Source of the DNA: Bilabrum cf. latius
Taxonomy: Eukaryota
NCBI GenBank assembly: GCA_965178125.1
Contig: OZ237755.1
Coordinates: 930,001 to 994,000, forward strand
Reading direction: 5' to 3'
DNA: 64,000 bases
Every line of letters begins with the position of its first letter. The stretch's first letter is position 1. A model generated the notes under the pieces. It was not told the DNA's origin, ran no database searches, and saw nothing but the letters and a program-made list of their open reading frames with translations. A program made the position numbers and the translations under genes. This document shows positions 1 through 10,717 of the stretch, piece after piece.

Positions 1-256
1 GGGTACGTTTAAGATATTGCAGTAGGCTTGCTAGCTGACACAAGCATCCGACGGCTCAGAAATGCGGGTTGATGCGGAAGGCCTTCGCCTCTTGGCCCGG
101 AACCCGGCAGCCCTGCACTTCTTGAACACCCTTGGGTACAGCGGCAAAGCCTCCTCCAAATCTACCGGATCGCATTCATTTGTGCACGATTCTGCCGCTG
201 TCTCACATTAGCACGCTGCCATAGCTGCAGTTGGGGGGCGAGTACTATCGTCTGTG

Positions 257-1792
257 ATGAGCAGTATTCCGCGCAAACCTCGGGACCACAGCCACAGCGG
301 CCCTTCCGGCTCGGGCCTGCCGTTGACTGGTTCGGCTTCAGCAGTACCGCATGGTATATTTTCGCGCGAGGTGCCGCCTGGAGAGCCGGCCGTGCTGGAG
401 CCCCTACTGAGCGCGCAGCCCAGCCCTGACCCTGCCGCTGCCCCTCGCGGTGCAGGTGCTGCTTCTGGGGCTCGGCAAGGCCCCGGGATAGGTGCGAGCG
501 GTTTGTCCCTGGCAAGTAGCAGTCGAGGCTCTGAGGCGTCTGCCATCGAGCTGGCGAGTCTCAGCCCGTTGCTGCCTTCGGTGCCGCCAGTCGTGGCCCG
601 CGCCACCGAACAGCTGCGGGAAGCCCAAAGCGCCCTGGAGATACCATCTGCCCTGCGTTGCCCTATCCTGGCCAGGGATGCGAGTCAGCTCCGAACTCGT
701 ATGCGATCGGCGCTGGCGGAAGCCGGCGCTGGGGCTAGAGCAGGAGCAAGGGCTAGAGCAGGAGTAGTGGCTGCACGACGCACAGCCCTTGAATATGGCG
801 CAGCTGGAAGCACAGGGGCAACGGCCGATGCGGGCACAGACTCAGATGACGAGACGCGCGCGGAACCACGGACTGGGGCCGAGCTGCATCGAGTGCTGGC
901 TCTCAGGGAGGCCAGAGCAGCCAGGCAGCGGATGGGGGAGGCCGAGCGGCGTGCAGCCAGGATGGCCGAGCTGGCTCGGTCTGTGGACGGTGCAGCGCGG
1001 GTGGTGCAGGCGTGGCACCGAGATAGGGAGGATCTAGCCGCTTCAGTTGCTGCTGCAAGAAGAGAGGGCGAGGCAGCAGATGGCTCTGGGCAGATGCAGG
1101 TGACTGAGCGGGTAGCAGTTGATGCTATGGCTGCCGCGAGACAAGCGGGGATGCGGTGGCTGCGCGTGGTGCTTAGTGATGGTTGTGCCCTGGGAGTGAT
1201 GGTCCATCCAGGTGAGAGTCTGCAGTCGCTGCAGCGGTGGGTCGGGTCGGTTGTGTCTGCGGCTGGTGCTGGTGCCCGTGCTGGCGCTGGTGCTGGTGCT
1301 GGTGCTGGTGCTGGTGCTGGTGCTGGTGCTGGTGCTGGTGCTGGTGCTGGTGCTGGTGCTGGCGCTGGTGCTGGCGCTGGTGCTGGTGCTGGTGCTGGTG
1401 CTGGTGCTGGTGCTGGTGCTGGTGCTGGTGCTGGCGCTGGTGCTGGTGCTGGCGCTGGTGCTGGTGCTGGTGCTGGTGCTGGTGCTGGTGCTGGTGCTGG
1501 CGCTGGTGCTGGTGCTGGCGCTGGTGCTGGTGCTGGCGCTGGTGCCAAAGCATCCCATGTAATTCTGGCTCTCAGCAGAGAAATGGGAGCATGCGTGGAG
1601 GACGGTCGCAGGGGCCTTGCAATCGAAGTCCCGGACGCCTGCCTCCGCCGGTGGGTGGATCCGGAGGTCTCGCTGAACGAGGCGGGGATCGGGGCTGGAT
1701 CAACCGTGTGGCTGTTACGAGGCACTGACCGAAGCCAATGGTTTTGGCTGGGTTCCAGCGAATTGCTGCTCCCAATGGCGGCGAGGGACTGA
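257..1792 (+). CDS. Hypothetical protein with a coiled-coil region and a C-terminal UBX/ubiquitin-like domain interrupted by an (Ala-Gly)n tract
   Basis: Open frame from ATG257 to TGA1792. WLRVVLSDG..HPGESLQSLQRWV and VSLNEAGIGAGSTVWL resemble the two halves of a UBX beta-grasp fold. Confidence 0.6.
   Translation: MSSIPRKPRDHSHSGPSGSGLPLTGSASAVPHGIFSREVPPGEPAVLEPLLSAQPSPDPAAAPRGAGAASGARQGPGIGASGLSLASSSRGSEASAIELASLSPLLPSVPPVVARATEQLREAQSALEIPSALRCPILARDASQLRTRMRSALAEAGAGARAGARARAGVVAARRTALEYGAAGSTGATADAGTDSDDETRAEPRTGAELHRVLALREARAARQRMGEAERRAARMAELARSVDGAARVVQAWHRDREDLAASVAAARREGEAADGSGQMQVTERVAVDAMAAARQAGMRWLRVVLSDGCALGVMVHPGESLQSLQRWVGSVVSAAGAGARAGAGAGAGAGAGAGAGAGAGAGAGAGAGAGAGAGAGAGAGAGAGAGAGAGAGAGAGAGAGAGAGAGAGAGAGAGAGAGAGAGAGAGAGAKASHVILALSREMGACVEDGRRGLAIEVPDACLRRWVDPEVSLNEAGIGAGSTVWLLRGTDRSQWFWLGSSELLLPMAARD
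1262..1545 (+). repeat. (GGTGCT/GGCGCT)n hexamer microsatellite, about 45 units, encoding poly(Gly-Ala)
   Basis: Directly visible tandem repeat, in frame within the 257-1792 ORF. Confidence 0.98.
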
Positions 1793-1898
1793 CCACTTGG
1801 CAGACCGGAAGCCCACTGGCAGGACGAGCCAAACGACAGTAATCGCGCCCAAACCTGCGCCACCATTGACTTCGCTCGCATATTGAAGCAGCCATACT

Positions 1899-4800
1899 AT
1901 GCGGGTGGCTTTATTGCCTGCGGCTGCTGTGGCAGCCTTCCTGCAAGTCAACGCGCTAGCAAAAGATATTAGTGACGGCTTCAATTTCACGCTGGTTAAG
2001 TGCATTGAATCAGATCAAGTGGGTGACGTCTCGTCTCAAGACTGGATGCCACCACCATCATTGACTGCTGGTCCTTTAAGGAATGCATTCAACGCATCGA
2101 AATGCACCGATGTAGCCGACTACAACCCGTCGGACGGCACCACAGTGCGAGAGTGGCACTGTACCACAGAGAAAAACTTCAACTAGAACTTTACCGCTCA
2201 AGCTAGTAGCGCAGGAGTGCTCGTAGTGTCTTCAAAGCAAATGGAATCGAAGTGCGTGACAGTTCAGGATGGCTCCGAGGGCTCCTCGGCAACCATGCAG
2301 GCGTGCCAGTCGGGGTCTGCAAAGGACTAGCAGTTCGTCTTCACCCCTTCAAGCAAGGGATCAAGGGTTGGTGCGTATCAATAGGGGAAAGCACCGCGTT
2401 GGAGACTTGCAGCAGACCCGTCTCTGTGCTTGCAGGCGGTCGTGAGCACCGGAGGCATCCCTGCCAACCTTGCGCCCGCTTGCCTCGTGCAGCCGTAGCA
2501 GCCCTTTTGCGACCAGTCGAAAACGTTCCAGCAGCGCGCTGCATCATTGGTATCGCTACTTACAGAAGACGAGAAAATCGCGCAGCTCTCCACGTACAAC
2601 TTCGTGAAAGGCCCTGGCATCACCCCGGGTATCCCCCGCATTGGGGTCGCCCCCACCCAGTGGCACTCCGAAGGGCTCCACGGGCTCAGGTGCATGGGCT
2701 CGGGGGTGGTCCCGGCCCATGCCACGCTGTTCCCCCAGGTCACCGCCATGGCCGCCACGCGCAACGCGACCGCTTACAAGCTCATGGCCCGGGTGATGGC
2801 CGTGGAGGCACGTGCACTGAGGCACAAGCAGATGCAGGCCGGCACAGTGCCGCTGAAAGGGGCGGGGCTGTCCTATTGGGGCCCCACGCAGAACATCATC
2901 CGGGATCCGCGCTGGGGCAGGGGCCAGGAGAGCGTGTCCGAGTCGCCACTGGTCAACGGCTAGTACGGGGCTGTGCTGACGAGTGAGTGGCAGCTGCCGG
3001 AGACTCTGCCCACACTGTCTCCGGGCAGCTCTGTTCCCAAGACCCCGGCAGGGGAACAGATAAAGGCGGTCGCTGCCACGCCCAAGCACTTCACTGCCTA
3101 CTCGCTCGAGGACAGCGATGGCTTCACTCGTCACGATTTCGCTGCCCTCGTGAACGAGGAGGACCTGCAGCTGACATACCTGCCCGGATTCAAAACAGCC
3201 GTGCAGCAGGCGAAGCCCCTCGAAGTCATGTGCATGTACTCGCGGTACGGGCTCTCGGAGGCACCTGACCAGATGGTCCCCGCCTGCCTGCACGGCGACT
3301 ACAACAACGGCTTGATGCGGAAGGAGTGGGGGTGGACGGACGGGCTGCTCGTGGCGGATTGCGACGCCATCGCTGACGTGTACAAGACTCACCACTACAC
3401 CGCCGATGCAGCCAACGCGTCGGCACTGGGCGTGCGGGGTGGCTGCGACCTGGATTGCGGCAACACGTACTCTGCAAGCACAGGGCTACCTGCCGCGCTC
3501 AAAGAGGGCCTGGTGGATGCATCGGACATCGACACCGCCCTCACCCGCGTGTTTACCACGCGCATCGCAGTTGGCGACCTGGACGACCCCTCCTTGCCCT
3601 GGGTGCGCCCCTACACCAGCATCAACTCGACGTGGCTGGACACGCCGTCACACCGCCAGCTGTCCCTCGAGGCAGCAAGGCAGGCCATCACCCTCTTGGA
3701 CAACAGCGCGGGTGTGTTGCCCCTGAAGCTTCCTTCGACCAGTCCAGACAGCAGCCCACTCAAGATCGCTTGCGTGGGCCCGGTGTGCGAAGATTCGCTC
3801 ATCCACATGGGCTCCAAGCACGACTACTGCCCCTCCACCATGCAGTCGTTCGCGGATGGCCTCAAAGCCATTCCGAAGGACCAGGCGACGATCACCACGT
3901 CGCCTGGATGCAAGATCTCGGGTGGAAGCGCATCAGGCTTCGCAGACGCGTTCAAGGTGGCCGAGGCCGCTGACGTGGTGCTGGTGGCCCTGGGCATAGA
4001 CGGCAGCATCGAGGGCGAGGCGCACGACCGCGAGGATATCGGCCTGCCCGCCATCCAGCAGCAGTTCCTGGAGCAGCTCGCCGCCCACCTGGCTGACAAG
4101 GGACATGGCGCGCCCTCAATGGTCGTGCTAGGCACCAGTGGTGGCTCGCTGTCCATGGACTGGGCCAAGCACAACGCATCCACCGTCATCGCCACCATGG
4201 AGCTGGGGCAGTTCGCCGGGGACGCCATCGTGGACGTCCTGCTGGGGCGATTCAACCCACAGGGTAGCCTGCCGTGGACCGTGTACCCATCCGAGTACAT
4301 CAACCAGGTAAAGATGTCTAACATGAGCATGCGGGCGGGTCCGGGGCGGACCTTCCGGTACTACCAGGGCACGCCCCTGTGGGCCTTCGGATACAGTGGC
4401 AGCTACCACTCGATTACCGGCTCTGCAACATCGAGGCTTTTGTAGGAGGCCACAGGTCACAATAAGGTACGCGGCGGTTTGCAGTGCACTACGCCTCAGG
4501 ATGTCTCCGATGCAGCCGTGCTTGGCATGTTCGGGGACAGTCGTGCTCGGTAGCTTGCCTCTCGTCCATCTAGCGCCGTGGGCCAAGCGTCGAACAGCTC
4601 CTGTGGAGGTATCCATCCCTCAGTTGACGTGCTGCTCAGCCTGCACAGGAACCACTTCAATCTGGGCGGAAGGACCCCTCTGCCTTCCAGAGAGCGTGTC
4701 TACGGGTTTGAGTAGGCAGCTGCAGGAGGCACCATCCGAGTGGCCCACCGGCACAGCCACTCGCCGGGCCTCTGGAAAACGTCTAACTGCACAGTGGTGC

Positions 4801-5351
4801 GCTCTGCAGGAAGCAACCTCGACCCAGCCTCTTTGGCCCTGGAAATCGGACTTCAGCTGCGAGCGCAGCCCGTGGCTGGGCTCGAGGATAGGCTGCTGCC
4901 CAGCACGGTGGGCCGAGCGGTGCACTCGTTTGTGGCGAGGGCGGGAGACGCCAGCAGCGGGGCAAGCGATGCGGACGGCCTAGGTCCTCGCATTGAGCTT
5001 GCTGCGGTACAGCTCGAACAGATTCCTACCGGACAGGACGCCAACGAGGCTGTGGCCGAAGCAACCGCAAGCCTGTGGTCCACGCCAGTAGAAGGGCTGC
5101 AACCCGGCACATGGTGCTCCTTCTGTGGTGTTAGGGCCTGGAATCGCAGCACGGACTCGAGCAGTGCCACTACGTAGGACCATCCGGCCCTGCCGCTTCG
5201 TACATCCGTGGATGTGCTGCCTGGCTCTTACGTAGTGTGGATGGGAGGGGACGCCCGCTCCCTCAACGAAGGGCTTCAGGCGGGAGCAAGATTGGGAGGA
5301 GCCTGGGACCGTGTCCCCGCCATGGTGCTTGAGGTCAGAAACGAGCAGTAA
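1899..5351 (+). CDS. Secreted GH3 beta-xylosidase/beta-glucosidase with an N-terminal ricin-B-like lectin domain (9 in-frame TAG read as Gln)
   Basis: Signal peptide, then motifs WHSEGLHG, NIIRDPRWGRGQE, KHF, VADCDAI, EGEAHDR, GPGRTFRYY. One frame, with TAGs at 2184, 2328, 2382, 2496, 2961, 4443, 4551, 4713 and 5175; the first TAA is at 5349-5351. Confidence 0.9.
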
Positions 5352-5509
5352 AGGGTTTAGTTGACGCATCACTCTTATAAAACGTTATTACGGGCCGATC
5401 CCGCATTTGCGGGCAAAGAACGATCCGTGTACACTGTACATTTCATTCAATCTCGTAGCTTGTGACTTTGTGCGACGACACGCTTGTGCAGTTCTCTACA
5501 ACCTGTCAT

Positions 5510-8500
5510 TCAGTCTCGGACCACGTCGACTCCAAGCGCAGCGGCTGCTGCGATGGGGTCCTCCGCAAACAACTCAGCTGCCTCCTTTGGCCTCAACTGC
5601 AGGCTCTCCACAGCAAAGTCAGCCAGGAGGCGCTTGAGCTCGGCATGCGTGGCACGCACCGCCGTCGGATCGGCCTCGCCTGCCATGGCTGCCCCGGCAC
5701 GGGCCAGACCCCCCGCAAACGCAACCACGCGTTCCTTGCCTAGATGAGGAAAAGACGTACCCAGCCAGACGCCAAGGTGGTAACCGACCCACTCTTCATT
5801 CGAGCCAAACTTGCCCTTCGCCGGCCCACCGCCGTCTCCTTCCCCACTGCCTTCGGCCTCCGCATCGAACTCGCCACCTCCATCTACGCCGCTATCCCGC
5901 CACAACGGACCACCGATCGCTCTCGATTCAAGGGCGGCGAACAGCTCACCAATCAGCGTCGCATGGGCGTCCATATCACCGGCATGCATGCGATCCGTGA
6001 GAGCTACAAGCACTGTGGAAGCTATTCTCAGCCATTCCGCCCGGAAGAACATCTGCGAGAAGCTCGCAGGTGCTGCTTGAAACCCACGGACAAGCCGCAC
6101 CAGCAGCCTAAGTCCGGGGCCGGACAGTCGCCTGTCGGCCGAGAGGGCCGCATCGATGCCCATCTCACAAACAGCCACCGTCCTAGCCTGGCCCATGGCC
6201 GCAACACTTGATGCGAACAGAGACTTCTCTCCTGCCTGCTCCCCCGCAGGATTCCTCGTCGCGAGCAGAGCGGTGCACAGCGAAAGATACCTCTACCGCA
6301 GTTCCACAGACCGCCCCCCGACGCTCTCCAGCTGCTCCTCGCCGGACCCGTCTCCATCCCCATCTCCCCAGCCGCCCCAGGAATCGCCGCCGCTGCCAGA
6401 TCCAGAGGCCGGGCCGCTGCTGGCGCCTGCCCCTGCTTTCGCCCTGCCGCCCGCGTGCCCACCGTGCCGCACCGTGGTGGGCAATGACGCTGCGCTGGCA
6501 GCAGCCGCGCTCGCCCTTGCACCCGCCTCATTGAACGCCACCACGATCGAGTCCGCGGCGGCAGTGGCGATCTTACCGAGGTGGCCAGCCCCTGCGATCG
6601 CCACGCCCAGCTCTCCTCTGCAGCAGTCCCTGAGCAGCGCGATGGCAGCGGGCTCCGCCGTGGCAGCCGCCTGCTCGCTCTCCGCCGCTTGCTGCAGGTG
6701 CTCCGTGAGCCGCGGCACGATGTGCGGCAGGAACTCCTTCACCACCAGCCCAGGGGCATCCTTGCCAGCTTTGCGCACAAAGGATCGGACCATCTCGAGT
6801 AGGGCCTTCCTCGCGCCGCGCATGGCCCTCCCGGAGTCGGAGCGCAGGGCGGGGGGGCCGCCCGACCCGGTTGCGGTTCGCAGAATGAAGGCGCTTAGGG
6901 CCCGCATGAGGTTGACCGAGTCAAGAAAGACGCGGCCCAGCGGGCGTGCAAAACGCGGGCCCGTTTCGGATGCAACTGCGCGGAGCAGCTTGGCGAGACG
7001 GGCCAGGGTCTGCGAGCTGTCGGGCGCCTGCAGCACCTGCAGGTTAGAGTGGGCCGCCGTCACTACCCTTGCCCACTGCTGCATGGGCGCGTCGAGGAGA
7101 CGGTCCGTGATGCTGTCTGCGGCCTTGCCAACCGGGCATTTTGCTAGAACAGCACCACAAGACCTGAAGAAAGTTTCCGCCTGGTGAGGGGCCAAGTTCG
7201 CGCATACTGCCGCCGACCTGCTGCACAGATCCACAATGTAGGGGCGCTGCCGGGTCGACTGGTTGGCCTGCGGTGTCGATGCGAAGTGGCAAAGAATGAT
7301 TTATTCATGCAACTGGTTGAGGCAGACAGCAACGCGCGCAATTACGATGCAAGCAGCGAGATGACTCGCGGACTCGTGAGGAGGCTCACCACGAAGCTCT
7401 CCGCGCACGCCTTGGATATGCGGAGCAGGTGCTCCACCGCCATGTCCTGCACAGCAGGGGAGCGCGTCTCGCCGCAGAACTCGCAAAGCTTGTCAGTGAC
7501 CGTTTCGAGGAATGTCCAGTGTTTCCTCAAGAACCTCGGGTACTGCCCGCACACGTACATGATCCCTGAAGCGACGACTCCCTGCATGGGTAGAAGAAAG
7601 GCGAGAACGAATCTGTCGGGCAGTTCAACACGAGGCACAATCGACGATTGCGGTGCAGGCGAAACGATCTTGGAATCAACTGCAGTAAACGCGCATTATG
7701 GACGGCAGGCAGCTCACCTTGTCGTCCCTGCCCCTGGCCCTGTCGGTCATGTCGAGCAGCCCCTTGATGCTAGTCACCAGGAAGCGGGCCTCGATGTCGG
7801 GTGGGAGCGTCCCGGATACTGCCCCTAGGCTCCAGCACAGCTTGTTGATGCTGTTCCGGTGCCTCAGCTGCTCCTGCAGCAGCTGCATGGCAGCCTCTGG
7901 TGCGTCCTGCGAGTGCTTGGAGGAGGCGGCCTGCTCCGCCAGCGATCGCGTCGTGGCATTGCATGCGTCCAGCCGCTTGAGAAGCAAGCCTACCGTGTCC
8001 CTGCCCCCCAATGGGGTTAGATTCCGGAGAATCCGCCTGAGATCCCGGAAGACTGCTAGCTCGTGGAGGTCAGTCCTTTCCTGCCGCTCAATCTCCCCCG
8101 TGTCCTCGTCCACCACAAGCAGCACCTCCTTGGGCTTGCCCATACGAGCCACGCATACCTTCCGCACTCGCTCCACTGCCTATCGGTACATAGAGAAATC
8201 GGTCAGCTTGGGGTCGCCCTTGGCAGGACTCCCGCTGCTGCTCCCGTCAGGGGCCGCGAAGAGCACCGAGAGGTCGCTGATGGCCCCACGAGACCTCCTG
8301 GCCACGTGCCTTGCGGATCGCAACAGCGCCTCGCTCGCAGATTTCCAGAAATCAACGGCATTCTGGAAGGTCGCTTCGTCGTGAGACACTGACATGAGCT
8401 CGGCCTGCAGCTCGCACGCGCTTGCCAACAGCCGCCGGGCGGGAGGACCGCGCGTGTGGAAAAAGCCCCATCGGCCGTTGCATAGAGACGTGAGAACGCC

Positions 8501-10387
8501 AGAGAGAGCGGCTACGTACTGCGTCTGGCCCGGGTTGCCGCTTTCATAAGTCTCGAGAGACCACTGCGCGACGGCGCTCCGGCCGTTGAGGCTGGCCTGC
8601 TGCGGCCCCGTCGGCCTGGCGTCTCCCCTGGGCAGGATCTTGATGGCCTGCGCCATCACGGCGGCTAGAGCAGCACCGACCCCATCGGCGATCCCCTTGG
8701 GGTCGCACGCTTCCCGCGCCTGCGCCGGGGTCAACGACACGCCGTACCCGCTGGGGTCATCAGGCTCGTCCGCACCTGCCTCCACTGCCGCCAGGTCATC
8801 GTCGCTGTCGCTGTCCCCGAACTCCTGTAGCACGGCCCCCCCACCGGCGGATCGCGAGCCCACTGGTCCTTTCTTCTTGCCCGGCAGCCTCACGCCGCGC
8901 CCCACCGCCACTGCCTTCTGCATCATTGCGTCAGGATCCCGGAGGAAGTCGCACCCCGAAGACACGTCGTCCTTGTCCTGCCCGCCCAGGTCCGTGGCCC
9001 AGCTGCCCACCCTCCTCCGGCCGATCTCCGAGATGCAGGCCAGCGCCTGTGCCCTGTGCCGCGGGTTCAGGAGGTGCCTCCGCAGCAGCACGCCTACCAT
9101 GCCGTCCTTCTTGGCTAGCAGCACGGGCAGCGGGCACAGGGGTACGTACACGCCCAGGCAAGAGAGGGCGGTTGCAACCAGGTCGGGACTCTTGGCCATG
9201 TCAAGCACCTGCTTTAGCAGCGTCAGGATCCTCGGCACCTCTGCCCGCAGTGCCCCCTGCAGCCGGCGCATGGCCGCAGTCGTGACTGCCACTGACTTGG
9301 CGCTGGTCGCCATGGCCCCGTCCTCGTCCTCGCCATCGCCCTCGCTCTTGCCCGCCCCTTCCTCTTCGTCCCTGCCGTCCGCAGATCGTAGGCTATCCTG
9401 CAGCACACCCGCGGGGTACACGTCCTCCGCGAGCCGCTTGAAGACCTCCAGCGAGGCACCGCAAGCTCCCTCGCTCTTGCGGGCGATGGCGATCAGGCTT
9501 GGGGTGAGCCCCGCCCATTCCTTCGGCCAGCAGTGCTTGGCGGCATTCAGGACGACCTACGCCAAGCAACGGAGGAATTCGTGGACTTGCCTTCGCTGCA
9601 GCCTCTTGCGGGGGTCCGGGGGCGCTCCCGCGGGCTGCTGCACCTGCTGCAGCTGCGCCGCCACAGAAGCGATGGTGGAGAGGGCCCATTTCTTGATACC
9701 CTCTTTGGCCGGCGGTGGGATGCGGTCCCACTGGTACTGCAGAGCAAAGGCCAGGGTCGAAGCCGCGAAGGCTCTCGTGTATGCATGCTTTGTCTTGAGA
9801 ATGACCTGGTGCACGCGCTGCCACGAGTCGGGGTCGCATCGGAGGCTGCCCATCGCCGCGGCTGCCTGCTGCTAGCGGCGCAGCATGGCCTGCTCTGCCT
9901 GATGACGCGAGGAAAATCCGTGCGTCGGCATGGTAGGGGTGTAGAACGTGTTCACGCACTCCTCGAGCAGCTTGAGGTCGAGAGGCGGGGAGCTGTCGGA
10001 TGAACCCCCTTCTCGGATGTGTAGCAACGCCCCGAACGGCCCCGCCTCTTCAAAATCACGGCGACTGGAACAACGGAATACCCCACCACCTATGGTTGCA
10101 CCTCGTGCGGATGGCCGTGAAGACGGTCTGTCGGCGGAAGCACCTGCCCGAGGTCTAGGTGGCCCCGCGGGCCTGGGCGGCCGCCCAGGCTGTGCTGATG
10201 CCGCTGCAGATGCATGACTTGCTGCCCGTGCTGCAGCAGCCGCAATTGCATTGATTCCTGCCCCATTGTCCCCTAGTAGACCGCCAGAGCCCCGTCCTCC
10301 CCCCAAGAGACCACCTCCGCCCATCCCCATCCCTTGCGGTGGCGGTCCAGGCCTCGGATGACCATGGCCTGGGCCCCAGGCCGACAT
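5510..10387 (-). CDS. XPO1: Exportin-1/CRM1-like protein, divergent; introns 7582-7717 and 7268-7389; in-frame TAGs
   Basis: Motifs RMGKPKEVL, NKLCWSLGAVSG, RFLVTSIKGLL, IMYVCGQYPRFLRKHW, VQDMA. GT-AG introns restore the conserved sequence. TAGs at 9872, 9557, 8180 and 6293; TGA stop at 5510. Confidence 0.88.
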
Positions 10388-10717
10388 AAGTATCAAGTTT
10401 CGGTAGGTAACCTGCCTATGAGACGATTATTCCGGCTGAAAAGCCTCGAACAATCAGCGGGGAAGGAACCGCAACTATTGAACACTTCCTCCGCAGCTAT
10501 CTTCGCTGCAATCAGAGCCCACTCAAAAATTCTTGGTGATAACGCAGTGATAATCAAATATATTTTGCGATAAACAGAGCCAGACGCCTGTGTGGCGCTG
10601 TAGATCACGTCGTATCGGAGATATTCAGTTCGACAGCGAATTATTACGTAACAATCATCAGGATTACAGACAAACAGCGTTGTTACTAATTGGGCAGTTC
10701 TGAAATACCGTGTTGTC

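Noticed and set aside
1-210. Coding-like minus-strand frame running off the window (DLEEALPLYPRVFKKC)
   Set aside because: No clear in-frame start or identity; may be the 5' end of a neighbouring gene but cannot be supported.
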